From positions 166,610 through 230,609 of the forward strand of contig JAZDQA010000011.1 of the NCBI GenBank assembly GCA_043797085.1: a DNA stretch of 64,000 nucleotides. The letters are read 5' to 3'. Positions 49,545 through 60,374 of the stretch are shown here, piece after piece. The position numbers and the translations under genes are program-made. The notes beneath the pieces were generated by a model. That model saw nothing but the letters and a program-made list of their open reading frames with translations, had not been told where the DNA came from and did not search any database. Every line of letters begins with the position of its first letter. Position 1 is the first letter of the stretch. The DNA comes from Pseudomonadota bacterium. Its GTDB lineage: Bacteria; Campylobacterota; Campylobacteria; Campylobacterales; Sulfurimonadaceae.

Positions 49545-51440
49545 ATGGCATTGTTTGCAAAAAAAACCGAATTGTCCAATGTTTCATCTCAGATACCTTC
49601 CATTGTTGTTCGGACGAGTAATGTTGCCAAAGAGTTGATGAGTGTCGCTGCGAATCATAAAGTATCCATTAAATCGCTTGATTTCAGACTCTTGGATACG
49701 CAAACTTTTATCCGTCTTCTCACGGATGGTGACGATTGGATAGAAGTCGATGCTCAGGAGATTGAGGATATTAGCGAAGAGATGTACCTAAATCCGAAAT
49801 TTGAACTCAAACAAATTTATGAAGTAGAAATTTTTAGTATAACACAAGCCGGTCCTTTGGATTCACTGGACCTTTCTATTGCCGGAAATGGGACACTGTG
49901 TAAAATTTATTTGACGATCAAAGCAGGAAGTTCAGCGACTTACGATGAAACTTTTGAGAGTGCTTTTTTTGAACACATCAAAAAGAAAAAGCTCAGAGCT
50001 AATTTATTTATCGGTATGTTTGATTCAATGATGCTTTCCAATTTGTTTGAGATTATTGCAAAAATAAGAATCAATGGAACGTATAAATTTGAAATCCAAG
50101 AGCGTTATATTGTTGCGGAAGGCTTCGAGCCTATTTTGACAATTGATGATAAGCTCATATTACATTATGATAAAAAACATCAAGATATGGATGAAGAGGG
50201 CAGGGTGAATTACGCTAAGCGCGGCTATATCGTAAGCGTAGTGAAAGATGATTTATTGATTGAATACATTAAACCGATTAAGGGAACAGTAGGTCGCAAT
50301 GTTCGAGGTGAAGTCATTATTCCTAAAGAACCCGTTATTCGCAATGAGCCTACTTTTACCACCACTGAGAAAATCAGACGTGAAGAGAGCGAAAAAACCG
50401 TAGGGTTTTATGCATGTGTTGGAGGATATGTGACATTTGAGGGCGGGATATATGATATCAAGAGCGAAATGGATGTAAGTGAGATTAGTTTTCGCTCTAC
50501 TGGATCCATTGATACCGAACTTGATGCGGATGTATCCATTAATGTCAAGGAAAAAGACTCCCTCAAAGATGCAATAGGTACTGGAATGGCAGTAACGGTA
50601 AATGTCATCAATATCGAAGGAAATGTAGGGGCAGAAGCCAAGATTACTGCACATAAAGCAACGATTGAGGGACAAGTTCATAGCAGTGCCACCGTTATTG
50701 CGGATGAATTATCGATTAATATTCACAAAGGCAAAGCGTACGGAAAAGAGATTCATATCACCCGACTTGAGCATGGTGAGGTTGAAGGGGATCGGGTTTT
50801 TATTACCCAAGCTGTCGGTGGAAAAGTACGTGCGAAAGAGATTTTTATTGAATTATTGGGATCACATACGAAATTGACTGCTTCTAGAAGCATTGAAATT
50901 AAAAAGCTTCAGGGAGGGGAAAATGTTTTAACGATCGATCCTCTCTTGAATGAATCACGTGATATTTTAGATGCGGAAAAAATAAAAATAAAAGAAGCCA
51001 AAAAAGTACTTGATAGCGTTGAAAAAGAGCTTTTAGAATATGAGCAGACGATGAAAGAGAACAAGAGCGCATATGAGGATATTAAGCAAAAATTACTTCA
51101 CTACAAGCGAAATAATATTGTTCCCCCTTCCGTATATGCTCAAAAATATCAGCAGTTTTTGCAGTTTAGACGCAAGCTTGAAGCATTACATGATGAATTT
51201 GCTGAAAAAGAATCGTATCTTGCCCTTATTAGTAACCATTATAAATCATTGCAAAATGAAATTTTCGAAGCACGTATTATTAATCATGATCGCTGGCGTA
51301 ACTATAATGAAGTTGTTTTCAAATTGATTGAGCCGCTTATAGATGTAACTTATTTTCCAGCGGATAACAGTGATGAAAATATTTTGGGATTGCACGAAGA
51401 TAAAGATGGTGAATTTACGATTAAGGTTTTGAGTAAATGA
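49545..51440 (+). CDS. Flagellar assembly protein A (FapA/DUF342-like)
   Basis: [16 protein letters not shown], beta-helix-like central region, C-terminal coiled coil; position between murJ and ruvA. Confidence 0.75.
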   Translation: MALFAKKTELSNVSSQIPSIVVRTSNVAKELMSVAANHKVSIKSLDFRLLDTQTFIRLLTDGDDWIEVDAQEIEDISEEMYLNPKFELKQIYEVEIFSITQAGPLDSLDLSIAGNGTLCKIYLTIKAGSSATYDETFESAFFEHIKKKKLRANLFIGMFDSMMLSNLFEIIAKIRINGTYKFEIQERYIVAEGFEPILTIDDKLILHYDKKHQDMDEEGRVNYAKRGYIVSVVKDDLLIEYIKPIKGTVGRNVRGEVIIPKEPVIRNEPTFTTTEKIRREESEKTVGFYACVGGYVTFEGGIYDIKSEMDVSEISFRSTGSIDTELDADVSINVKEKDSLKDAIGTGMAVTVNVINIEGNVGAEAKITAHKATIEGQVHSSATVIADELSINIHKGKAYGKEIHITRLEHGEVEGDRVFITQAVGGKVRAKEIFIELLGSHTKLTASRSIEIKKLQGGENVLTIDPLLNESRDILDAEKIKIKEAKKVLDSVEKELLEYEQTMKENKSAYEDIKQKLLHYKRNNIVPPSVYAQKYQQFLQFRRKLEALHDEFAEKESYLALISNHYKSLQNEIFEARIINHDRWRNYNEVVFKLIEPLIDVTYFPADNSDENILGLHEDKDGEFTIKVLSK

Positions 51441-52000
51441 TAGTAGGACTAATCGGAAATATCGATCATAAAGAGCCAAGTAAACTTCATTTAGAGGTCA
51501 ATGGGGTTATTTATGAAGTGTTTATCAGTTTGCATACCTTTTCAACGTTAAATAAAGAAAATGTAAAGCTTCATATCAGTCATATTATTCGTGAGGATGC
51601 TCAACAATTGTATGGATTTTCTCAAAAAAGTGAAAAAACGCTCTTTGAGGGGATGCTTAAAATCAACGGAATCGGTCCAAAAGCGGCTCTCGCTATTTGT
51701 TCCACCTTTACGCCGGAGCAGTTTGCGGGTATTATTTCATCTAAAGATGTGAATGCTTTGAAAAAAGTTCCGGGAATCGGACCTAAAAGTGCAGCGCGGA
51801 TTATGGTTGAACTTGCAGGGTTTGATGCAATTTTGCTTCAGGGGGAATCCTTCGTCAGCAGTGCTTCAAGTGAGGCGTTAATGGCGCTAGAGTCACTCGG
51901 ATTTAAAAAAGAGCAGATAGTTACCGCTCTTAGTAAATGTAGCGCAACCGATACCCCCACGCTTGTCAAAGAAGCGTTAAAACAACTACAAAAATTTTAA
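51437..52000 (+). CDS. ruvA: Holliday junction branch migration protein RuvA
   Basis: [38 protein letters not shown]. Confidence 0.96.
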   Translation: MIVGLIGNIDHKEPSKLHLEVNGVIYEVFISLHTFSTLNKENVKLHISHIIREDAQQLYGFSQKSEKTLFEGMLKINGIGPKAALAICSTFTPEQFAGIISSKDVNALKKVPGIGPKSAARIMVELAGFDAILLQGESFVSSASSEALMALESLGFKKEQIVTALSKCSATDTPTLVKEALKQLQKF

Positions 52001-52015
52001 TAAGGATTATGCATA

Positions 52016-53053
52016 ATGAAATTAGCCATTTTATTCGGAGGTGCCAGTTTTGAGCACGAAATCAGTATTGTCAGTGCCATTACGGTAAAAGGGAAACTCA
52101 AAGGATTTGATTTAAGTTTTATCTTCTGCGACCAAGATCACCGTTTTTATCTCGTGGAAGGCTCCAAGATGAAAGCGATTACGTTCTCTCGCGGAGAACA
52201 TCTTAAAATGCCTCAAATCTCTCTTGTTAAAGGTGGATTTGAGCAGCGAGGAATGTTCGGTTCCAAAATGCACACCATGCCGATTTTGAATCTTATTCAT
52301 GGCGGAGACGGTGAAGATGGTACTATCGCGGCATTGCTTGATTTTTATGGCATCTCATTTATCGGTCCCCGTAAAGAAGCGTCAATGTTCAGTTTTGACA
52401 AACATTACACCAAATGGCTTGCTAACTCGTTAGGGATTAAAACACTTCCCTTTGAAGCAATCACACAAGCCACTCGTAACTCTATTACCACACCCTATCC
52501 GTTTATTGTGAAACCTGCACGTTTAGGAAGCTCTATTGGAGTCAGTATTGTTCGTGAAGCAAGTGAGCTTGACTATGCTTTGGATGTCGGATTTGAATTT
52601 GATGAGGTAATGCTGATCGAGCCGTTTATCAGCGGGGTAAAAGAGTACAATCTTGCCGGTTTCAGTGCGCGCGGTGAGATTACCTACTCCATCGTTGAAG
52701 AGCCTCAAAAAGCGGAATTTTTGGATTTTGAGAAAAAATATCTCGATTTTTCTCGTTCCAGTACCGTAGCTGAAGCATCGATTCCTGACGCTCTCGTTCA
52801 ACAGCTTCAAACCGCATTCAAAACGATTTATACACCGTTGTTTGAGGGAGCACTGATTCGTTGTGATTTCTTTGAAATTGAGGGTGAAGTGTATCTCAAT
52901 GAGGTCAATCCGATTCCAGGTTCGATGGCAAACTATCTCTTTGAAGATTTTAGCGCTTCCATCACAAAACTTTTAGCCTCTCTTCCTTCTAAAAAAGAGA
53001 TTCGAGTTCAATACGATTATATTCACTCCATTTCGCAAGCCAAAGGCAAATAA
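52016..53053 (+). CDS. ddl: D-alanine--D-alanine ligase
   Basis: FGGASFEHEIS, HGGDGEDG, KPARLGSSIG, DFEKKY, NEVNPIPG. Confidence 0.95.
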   Translation: MKLAILFGGASFEHEISIVSAITVKGKLKGFDLSFIFCDQDHRFYLVEGSKMKAITFSRGEHLKMPQISLVKGGFEQRGMFGSKMHTMPILNLIHGGDGEDGTIAALLDFYGISFIGPRKEASMFSFDKHYTKWLANSLGIKTLPFEAITQATRNSITTPYPFIVKPARLGSSIGVSIVREASELDYALDVGFEFDEVMLIEPFISGVKEYNLAGFSARGEITYSIVEEPQKAEFLDFEKKYLDFSRSSTVAEASIPDALVQQLQTAFKTIYTPLFEGALIRCDFFEIEGEVYLNEVNPIPGSMANYLFEDFSASITKLLASLPSKKEIRVQYDYIHSISQAKGK

Positions 53054-53055
53054 AC

Positions 53056-53784
53056 GTGGCAGTAAAATCCTTTCTCTATAAGGGCAATGGATTTGCCATT
53101 AGCTATGAAATTCTCAATCCTACGCAGAAGAGAGATATTGTCTTTTTGCACGGATGGGGTTCTTCGAAAGCGTTGATGAAGCAAGCCTTTGGACGTACTC
53201 TCCCTGATTTTCGCCACATTTATATCGATATGCCCGGATTTGGGTCGAGCAGTTGCGATGTTTCCCTCACGACACAAGATTACGCCGTTATTATGGAACT
53301 TCTTTTACATGAGATAGGTGCTTCTAAAGAGATTGTTTTAGGACATTCATTTGGTGGAAAAGTTGCTACACTTCTTAACCCAGATCTTTTAGTTTTAGTT
53401 GCATCTGCTGGGATTTTAGTTCCGAAACCGTTTAAAGTCCGTGTCAAAATCGCTCTCTTTAAAATTTTAAAATTTACAGGACTTACATCGTTACGTCGTT
53501 TTTTCGTTTCTCCCGATGCAGCAGGAATGTCCGAGTCGATGTATCAAACGTTCAAAAATGTCGTTAACGAAGATTTTAGTGACTATTTTAAAGCATTCAA
53601 AAATAAAGCTCTTTTATGTTTTGGAACAACGGACACGGCAACGCCATTATGGACGGGTGAAGTGATACAGACACTGATTAATGATTCACGATTGGTGGCG
53701 TATGAAGGGGATCACTATTTTCTTTTTAAAGAGGGACAACGGATTACAGATGAGATTGAGAAAAGTATAGGAGAAAATAGATAA
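53056..53784 (+). CDS. Alpha/beta hydrolase
   Basis: FLHGWG, DMPGFG, GHSFGG nucleophile elbow, D and H triad residues. Confidence 0.9.
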   Translation: MAVKSFLYKGNGFAISYEILNPTQKRDIVFLHGWGSSKALMKQAFGRTLPDFRHIYIDMPGFGSSSCDVSLTTQDYAVIMELLLHEIGASKEIVLGHSFGGKVATLLNPDLLVLVASAGILVPKPFKVRVKIALFKILKFTGLTSLRRFFVSPDAAGMSESMYQTFKNVVNEDFSDYFKAFKNKALLCFGTTDTATPLWTGEVIQTLINDSRLVAYEGDHYFLFKEGQRITDEIEKSIGENR

Positions 53785-55223
53785 TGGATAATATGCAGTT
53801 AATTGCTTTTGTAAGCAACATCATTTTTGTCATGGCATTGGGGTGGTATTTGATTACCAATCTTCAATGGTACGATTATCGTATCGAGCGGGTGGTGCTA
53901 CGTCATCATAAATCGTGGTGGCATGCCATTTATTTTGTCATCCCTTTTATTCTTTATTACGTTTTAGGGACGTATGCGCCATTTGTTTTGGTTGCTTATC
54001 TCCCCTTATTAGTTCTATGGCATATTAAACTCGATAAAAAGCTTGTCATGACATGGCGTGTGAAGCGATTTTTAATTCTCCTTTTCTCGATTACCCTCTT
54101 TTTAAACATACTGTGTACCTTAAAAGGTATTTCTCAGACGTACAGTGTCTTTTTCCCTTTATTCTTAGCGTATGTGTTCTCGTGGGTAACTGAAAAGTTC
54201 TTATTCGAAGCGTACAAACGAGAAGCGAAGAAAAAAATAGCGTCCATGCCGGAACTCACTATTATATGCGTAACGGGAAGTTATGGCAAAACGTCTATGA
54301 AAAACTTTATTGCACAGATACTTGCCTCAAAATTTAACGTCTACGCAACTCCGCGCAGTGTCAATACCTTGGGGGGCATTATTCGTGATGTCAATGAATC
54401 ACTTCCCGCGAATACTCAAGTCTATATTTGTGAAGCAGGAGCGCGTGAAATCGGTGATATTTATGCGATTACACAGCTCCTTAATCCTCAAATCGTGGTC
54501 GTGGGAAAAGTTGGACCTCAGCATTTGGAATATTTTAAAACCTTAGAGCGTATCCAACAGACAAAACTCGAGATAATCCACTCTAATCGACTCAAACGCG
54601 CCTTTATTCATACTTCAGTTACGGATGTGCCACACGAAAAAGTAACTTTCTTTGGGGATGGAATTTTAAATCTTAATGCAACACTAGCGGGAACGGATTT
54701 TGATTTGTTGTTGGGGAATCAGTCTTATCATTTTCATACTTCAGTGCTGGGTGGATTTCAAACGATGAATATCAATGCAGCACTGTTAATCGCGGATGAA
54801 TTGGGAATGAGCAGCGATGAAATGATCGAAGCGGTTAAAAATCTCAAAAGTGTTGAGCATCGCTTAGAACGCATTGATGCAGGTGGAAAAATCATCCTCG
54901 ATGACGGATACAACGGTAATATTGACGGAATGCTTGAGGGAGTGCGTTTGTGTTCGCTTCATGCAGGTCGCAAAGTAATTGTTACTCCGGGATTGGTAGA
55001 GAGTACAGATGAACTTAACTCCCAGCTTATTGAGGCTATCAATCAGGTATTTGATATTGCGATTATTACAGGTGCTCTTAATGCGGTACAGTTTGAAAAA
55101 GAGTTGAGAGTCCCTGAGGTGATAATGTTAAGTGATAAAACTCAAATGGTTAAGACTCTGGGTGAAGTGACACGTGCGGGAGATATTATTCTCTTTGCTA
55201 ACGATGCACCGAATTTTATTTGA
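53784..55223 (+). CDS. murF: Mur ligase, MurF-like, with N-terminal membrane segments
   Basis: TGSYGKTSMK, EAGAR, DDGYNGN; follows ddl. Confidence 0.82.
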   Translation: MDNMQLIAFVSNIIFVMALGWYLITNLQWYDYRIERVVLRHHKSWWHAIYFVIPFILYYVLGTYAPFVLVAYLPLLVLWHIKLDKKLVMTWRVKRFLILLFSITLFLNILCTLKGISQTYSVFFPLFLAYVFSWVTEKFLFEAYKREAKKKIASMPELTIICVTGSYGKTSMKNFIAQILASKFNVYATPRSVNTLGGIIRDVNESLPANTQVYICEAGAREIGDIYAITQLLNPQIVVVGKVGPQHLEYFKTLERIQQTKLEIIHSNRLKRAFIHTSVTDVPHEKVTFFGDGILNLNATLAGTDFDLLLGNQSYHFHTSVLGGFQTMNINAALLIADELGMSSDEMIEAVKNLKSVEHRLERIDAGGKIILDDGYNGNIDGMLEGVRLCSLHAGRKVIVTPGLVESTDELNSQLIEAINQVFDIAIITGALNAVQFEKELRVPEVIMLSDKTQMVKTLGEVTRAGDIILFANDAPNFI

Positions 55224-55230
55224 TGGTATA

Positions 55231-55314
55231 CATTAAAACGAATGCATCCGTTTTAATGGCAGGGACAAATATCCCTACAACCCCCTGAAGCTACCCATAT
55301 CTTTCGGATATGGG
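55231..55314. repeat. Three tandem hairpins (REP-like or structured intergenic element)
   Basis: CATTAAAACG/CGTTTTAATG, AGGGA/TCCCT, CCCATATC/GATATGGG. Confidence 0.6.
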
Positions 55315-55355
55315 AGAAAAAATTAAACTTTAATCTCTTTACAATGGAGGAAATA

Positions 55356-55850
55356 ATGGAAAATACTTTATACGCTCCATGGCGCAATGAGTACGTAGCG
55401 GGAGCAAAAGATATAGGGTGTGTTTTTTGTCATATCACGCAAAATCCTGATCTCGATTGTGAACATCACGTGTTATACCGTGATGAGCACTGCTTTATGG
55501 TGATGAACCGCTATCCCTATACTCCCGGACATTTTATGATTATTCCTCATCATCACACAGATGCTCTTGAATCACTTGATCCTGCTACGTGGCTACATAT
55601 GACTGCATTGGCGCAACGAGGCGTTAGAATGCTTAAAGAGTCTTTGGGCGCACACGGGGTAAATATCGGGATGAATTTGGGAAAAGCAGGGGGAGCTGGA
55701 ATAGCAGAACACATTCATCTGCATCTTGTTCCGCGATGGGAGAGAGATACGAATTTTATTACATCTATCGCTCAAACGAGAGTTTATTCTACTGATTTTG
55801 AGCGGATTTATCAGAAATTGAAAGAGGCGTTTCCCTCTTATTTAATTTGA
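55356..55850 (+). CDS. HIT-family nucleotide hydrolase
   Basis: LYAPWR, CVFC, NRYPYTPGH, HIHLHLVPRW; ATG 55356 follows GGAGG. Confidence 0.93.
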   Translation: MENTLYAPWRNEYVAGAKDIGCVFCHITQNPDLDCEHHVLYRDEHCFMVMNRYPYTPGHFMIIPHHHTDALESLDPATWLHMTALAQRGVRMLKESLGAHGVNIGMNLGKAGGAGIAEHIHLHLVPRWERDTNFITSIAQTRVYSTDFERIYQKLKEAFPSYLI

Positions 55851-56479
55851 ATTTCAATACGGCGATTTTGAGCGCGTCCGCTATCTGTTATATTAGAGGC
55901 AATTGGTTTTTTTGACCCTTCTCCTGATGTTATAATACGGTTTGCATCGATTCCATTTGAAATTAATTTATCACTTAAAGCTTTTGCTCTAGCTTCTGAA
56001 CGTGGTTGATTACGTTCATCAATTCCAATGACATCCGTATGTCCAATGATAGTAATAGTAGAAGCTGGATTTTCTTGTAAGAATGTTGTTAATGTTTCTA
56101 CATCTTTTGCAGAAGAGGCGGGGAGGAGATTGGAAGCAAAAGGGAAATTGATATGAAGTGTAATACTTTTTGGACATCCGTTTGAATCAACTTTGTATCC
56201 TTTTGGTGTTTGTGGACATTGATCTAAGGTATTTTTTATTCCATCTTGGTCGTCATCATCAGATGCAATAACTGGAGAAACTATTGGAGCAACTTGAATG
56301 ACAGGTTTATCTTTGATTATCTTTTGGTAGCTTGTTGCAAAGGTTGTTTTTTTAAAATGCTCCGGACATGTTTCGTGACGTGTTATGCATTGCTGGTCTA
56401 TAGCATAGCTTGAGAGGGATAGAGCAACAGTAATAAGATATGCGAGTGCAGGAATCTTAGAAGCAGCGAAATTAGACAT
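55838..56479 (-). CDS. OmpA-family peptidoglycan-binding protein with acidic calcium-binding-type linker
   Basis: Signal peptide, DDDDQDGIKNTLDQCPQTP...GCP, GHTD..G...N..RSEARA, NRRIEI. Confidence 0.9.
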   Translation of the reverse strand: MSNFAASKIPALAYLITVALSLSSYAIDQQCITRHETCPEHFKKTTFATSYQKIIKDKPVIQVAPIVSPVIASDDDDQDGIKNTLDQCPQTPKGYKVDSNGCPKSITLHINFPFASNLLPASSAKDVETLTTFLQENPASTITIIGHTDVIGIDERNQPRSEARAKALSDKLISNGIDANRIITSGEGSKKPIASNITDSGRAQNRRIEIQIK

Positions 56480-56735
56480 AAATATTCCTAATATTTGGTT
56501 ATGAAAACAGCATTATGACGAGTCTAACATAAAATAATCTATAATATTTATGAAATTTTTATGCTAAACTTAGACTGAATTAAAATTATAGTGATGAATT
56601 GTTGTTCAATTGTCACATTTCAATTACTATTTTTATGTATAATGTCATTTAATAAATAAAATTAAAACATGATTTACCAACAATCGGCACATAGTTTTAC
56701 GATTTGTAAATCTTTTGAATAAAAAGGCTATACGG

Positions 56736-58145
56736 ATGAAAAACAGATGGGTACTTGCCGCGACCTTTTCCATGTGTGCAATCTCTGCACTAAATGCAAT
56801 TTCCTTAGAAGAGGGGCTGGATGAAGTTCTTAGCAGCAATCCAATTATACAAGAGCGTCTTCACAACTATCGTGCTACCTTAGAAGATTTACGAACGACT
56901 GAGGCGCAGTATCTTCCAACGCTTGATTATAGTGGAACCATTGGACGTGAGAAAACAAATTCTCCCAGTACAAGCTTTAATAGTATTTCATTAAATGGAT
57001 ATGAACATTCATTACAGCTGACACAAAATCTTTTTAATGGTTTCGGAACAACGTATGAATCCGATTATAATAAAGCCCGTATTTTAGCTGCAGCATACAA
57101 TTATGTTGAAAACGCTAATGACGTTGCTTTTAACTTTACGACAGCGTATATAAACGCTCTTAAGACACGTGATATTATGTTTATAGCGCAGTCCAATGTA
57201 AAATACAATGATGACATTACGATTAAAGTAGAAAAACTTTTTAATGCGGGTCTAACAACGCGTTCAGAGGTTGAAAAAGCTGATACCTCTCTTTCTCTAG
57301 CTAAATCAAATTTTGTCGTCGCTCAGAATAATCTCGATGATGCACTTTTTAATTTAGAACGCATTTATGGAAAACATATTGCTGCTTCAGAGCTAGAAGT
57401 GCTCTATTTTTCAGGAGAATTACCAGATACACTCGAAGAGATGAGGGAATATGCACAGCTTCATAATCCTTCTATTTTAGTGAACGATTACAATATTAAA
57501 GCAGCTCAAGCTCAAAAACAGGTTGCACAAAAAGGATATTATCCTACTATCGATATCTTTGCGCGACAGAGCTGGGCAAATAATATTGGTGGAATAGCTG
57601 GTAACGATGATCGTTTTAAGGCTGGATTAACTCTTAATTATAATTTGTACCGTGGTGGAGCTGATGAGTCTCAAAGCCACAAAAGTTTGAGTAAAATTAA
57701 TCAAGAATCTGAAATCAGAAGAGATAATTTTCGCAAATTAGACGAGCAAGGATCGCTTTCATGGTCTGCTAAGAAAAATTTAGAGGATCAAATAGTTCAT
57801 CTTAAGCGCTATGAGATTTCAAGTAAAAGAACATTAGAACTGTATCAAAAAGAGTATGATTTAGGTCGACGTACATTGCTTGACTTACTTACAGCTCAAA
57901 GTGACCATGTCTCTGCACAAACACAAATAATTCGTGCTGAAAATGATTTGATGCTTGCCCATTATCGAATTTTAGATTCGATGGGGACGATGGTTCCATC
58001 GATTCTTGGAACCCAAGAGAGTTCGTTGATTGCACGCATTGGCTTGAAATCATTGGATAATCGACTGGATAATAATGAGCGTATTGAAAACCTTATTTTT
58101 GCAGATAGAAAAATAGATAAATACAAAAGAGAAATTGAAAAGTAA
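56736..58145 (+). CDS. TolC-family outer membrane protein (LapE/AggA-like)
   Basis: Signal peptide, YLPTLD, LTQNLFNGF, EYDLGRRTLLDLL; ATG 56736 preferred. Confidence 0.92.
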   Translation: MKNRWVLAATFSMCAISALNAISLEEGLDEVLSSNPIIQERLHNYRATLEDLRTTEAQYLPTLDYSGTIGREKTNSPSTSFNSISLNGYEHSLQLTQNLFNGFGTTYESDYNKARILAAAYNYVENANDVAFNFTTAYINALKTRDIMFIAQSNVKYNDDITIKVEKLFNAGLTTRSEVEKADTSLSLAKSNFVVAQNNLDDALFNLERIYGKHIAASELEVLYFSGELPDTLEEMREYAQLHNPSILVNDYNIKAAQAQKQVAQKGYYPTIDIFARQSWANNIGGIAGNDDRFKAGLTLNYNLYRGGADESQSHKSLSKINQESEIRRDNFRKLDEQGSLSWSAKKNLEDQIVHLKRYEISSKRTLELYQKEYDLGRRTLLDLLTAQSDHVSAQTQIIRAENDLMLAHYRILDSMGTMVPSILGTQESSLIARIGLKSLDNRLDNNERIENLIFADRKIDKYKREIEK

Positions 58146-58193
58146 AATTCAGATATTATAGGTAAATAATTTTTTTGATTAGGGTAATAATAA

Positions 58194-60374
58194 ATGAATA
58201 ATAATGAGCAGACCAGAATCAGCGATCCAGAAGGAGCGGCATTTGGTGTTGATCCTTTATTGCAATGTTTGGTTCTATTCACTCATATCTACCATAAACC
58301 TTACAGTGCAGAAGTCCTTATGGCTGGTCTTCCTGTATCTCCGTTTGGAGGAGCCCTTCATCTTTTTAATTTAAAGTCATCCAAAGGTCTTTTTGCTCGT
58401 GCAGCAAGTCGTGCTGGATTGAAAAGTACTTTACTTCATCGCAGTTTGCATGAAATTTCTCCCTTACAATTACCAATGATACTGCTTTTGGAAAATAACA
58501 GTGCTTGTATTTTGGATTCATTTTCTCCAGACTTAAAAACATGTAAGATAATATTGCCTGCTGAAGAAGCTATAGAAGAAAATGTCCCTATTGAAGTTTT
58601 GGAAAAAGAATATACTGGGTATGGATTTTTGATCAAAAGACCGTTCGTGTATGATGAAAATGACTCTCTGACCCTCAATGTTAAGCATAAACATTGGTTT
58701 TGGGACACATTAAAGCTTTCTAAAAATATTTATCGTGATGTTATTTATGCTACGGTACTTGTAAATTTATTTGTCTTGGCAACTCCATTATTTACAATGA
58801 GTGTTTATGATCGTGTTATTCCTAATAATGCTACTGAAACGTTGTGGGTATTTGCTGCAGGTGTATTGATTATTTATTTACTTGATACGTTTTTAAAATT
58901 TACCCGAGCAATGTTGTTAGAGAGTGCGGGTAAAAAGAGCGATGTTATTATGTCTTCTATTATTTTTGAAAAAGTCTTAGATCTCAAGATGTCATCACAT
59001 CCAAAATCGGTTGGATCATTTGCCAGTAATTTGAAAGACTTTGATTCGATACGTTCGTTTTTAACCAATGCAACACTCACGGCATTAGTAGATTTTCCTT
59101 TTGCCATTTTATTTTTAGTGGTCATAGGGTATATCGGTGGTTGGCTTGTTATTGTCCCGATTACGATTATGGTACTTATCGCCGCATACGCGCTCTTTAT
59201 GCGCAATCCCTTGCGAGAAAGCATTGAGCAAAGTCATAAAGCATCCGCTGCCAAAAGTTCTATTCTTATTGAAGCATTACAAAATATCGAAACATTGAAA
59301 ACCTTAGGGACAATGGGACAGATGCAATGGCAATGGGAAGAAGCCACGGGAGAAATTGCCCAAAAAAGTTTAAAATCACGTCTTATCTCAACATCAATCT
59401 CAACCATTACAGGCTACCTCACGCAATTAACGACGGTTATAACCGTTATTGCCGGTGTTTACATGATTGGTGAACATGAGTTGAGCATGGGTGGGTTAAT
59501 TGCTATCATGACGTTGGCAGGTCGAACAGTTGCCCCGATGGGACAGGTGGCTTCTCTGATTTCAAACTATTCAGATGCAAAATCGGCTTATGATGTTATT
59601 GATACGATTATTTCACAGCCGATGGAACGACCGCATGGAAAGAAGTTTGTGGCCCGTTCTGAACTAAAAGGTGATATTGAGTTTCAAGGAGTCAATTTTG
59701 GCTATGAGGATTCCCAGTTTAGTGCTTTGAAAAATCTCTCTTTTTCGATTAAAGCGGGTGAAAAAGTAGCCATTATTGGTCGTATCGGTTCTGGAAAAAG
59801 CACGATAGCCAAGCTTCTGCTTAATTTATATCAGCCTCAGAGCGGTTCGATTTTACTTGATGGTATTGATATCAATCAGATTGATCCTGCTGATTTGCGT
59901 AAAAATATCAGTTATGTTTCTCAAGATATTAATCTTTTCAAGGGAAATGCAAAAGACAATATTGCGTATAGAAATACACGAGTGTCCGATGAACAGATGA
60001 TTCGTGCATCGGTTATTTCAGGCTCAGATGAGTTTATACGCCGTCATCCATTGGGGTATGAAATGCCTATCGGTGAGCGTGGTATGGGACTTTCAGGCGG
60101 TCAACGTCAAAGCATAGGGATTGCTCGCGCCTTATTGCTGGAATCACCAATCGTCATTATGGATGAGCCGACAAATGCCATGGATCAGCTTAGTGAGAAC
60201 CGATTGATTGCTAATTTACAAACGTATTTAGTGGATAAAACAGCCATTATTATTACACAAAAAAATACTATTTTACCGTTGGTAGATAGAATTATCGTAA
60301 TGAATGAGGGTGTGATTTATTTGGATGGACCTCGTGACAGTGTCATCGCGAAGCTTTCTGGAGGTCAAGTATGA
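58194..60374 (+). CDS. Type I secretion permease/ATPase (LapB/LssB-like)
   Basis: C39-like N-terminal domain DPLLQCL, VYDRVIPN, GRIGSGKS, LSGGQRQ, MDEPT. Confidence 0.94.
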   Translation: MNNNEQTRISDPEGAAFGVDPLLQCLVLFTHIYHKPYSAEVLMAGLPVSPFGGALHLFNLKSSKGLFARAASRAGLKSTLLHRSLHEISPLQLPMILLLENNSACILDSFSPDLKTCKIILPAEEAIEENVPIEVLEKEYTGYGFLIKRPFVYDENDSLTLNVKHKHWFWDTLKLSKNIYRDVIYATVLVNLFVLATPLFTMSVYDRVIPNNATETLWVFAAGVLIIYLLDTFLKFTRAMLLESAGKKSDVIMSSIIFEKVLDLKMSSHPKSVGSFASNLKDFDSIRSFLTNATLTALVDFPFAILFLVVIGYIGGWLVIVPITIMVLIAAYALFMRNPLRESIEQSHKASAAKSSILIEALQNIETLKTLGTMGQMQWQWEEATGEIAQKSLKSRLISTSISTITGYLTQLTTVITVIAGVYMIGEHELSMGGLIAIMTLAGRTVAPMGQVASLISNYSDAKSAYDVIDTIISQPMERPHGKKFVARSELKGDIEFQGVNFGYEDSQFSALKNLSFSIKAGEKVAIIGRIGSGKSTIAKLLLNLYQPQSGSILLDGIDINQIDPADLRKNISYVSQDINLFKGNAKDNIAYRNTRVSDEQMIRASVISGSDEFIRRHPLGYEMPIGERGMGLSGGQRQSIGIARALLLESPIVIMDEPTNAMDQLSENRLIANLQTYLVDKTAIIITQKNTILPLVDRIIVMNEGVIYLDGPRDSVIAKLSGGQV

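Noticed and set aside
56684..56700. TCGGCACATAGTTTTAC as a sigma54 promoter for tolC
   Set aside because: No GC at the -12 position with correct spacing
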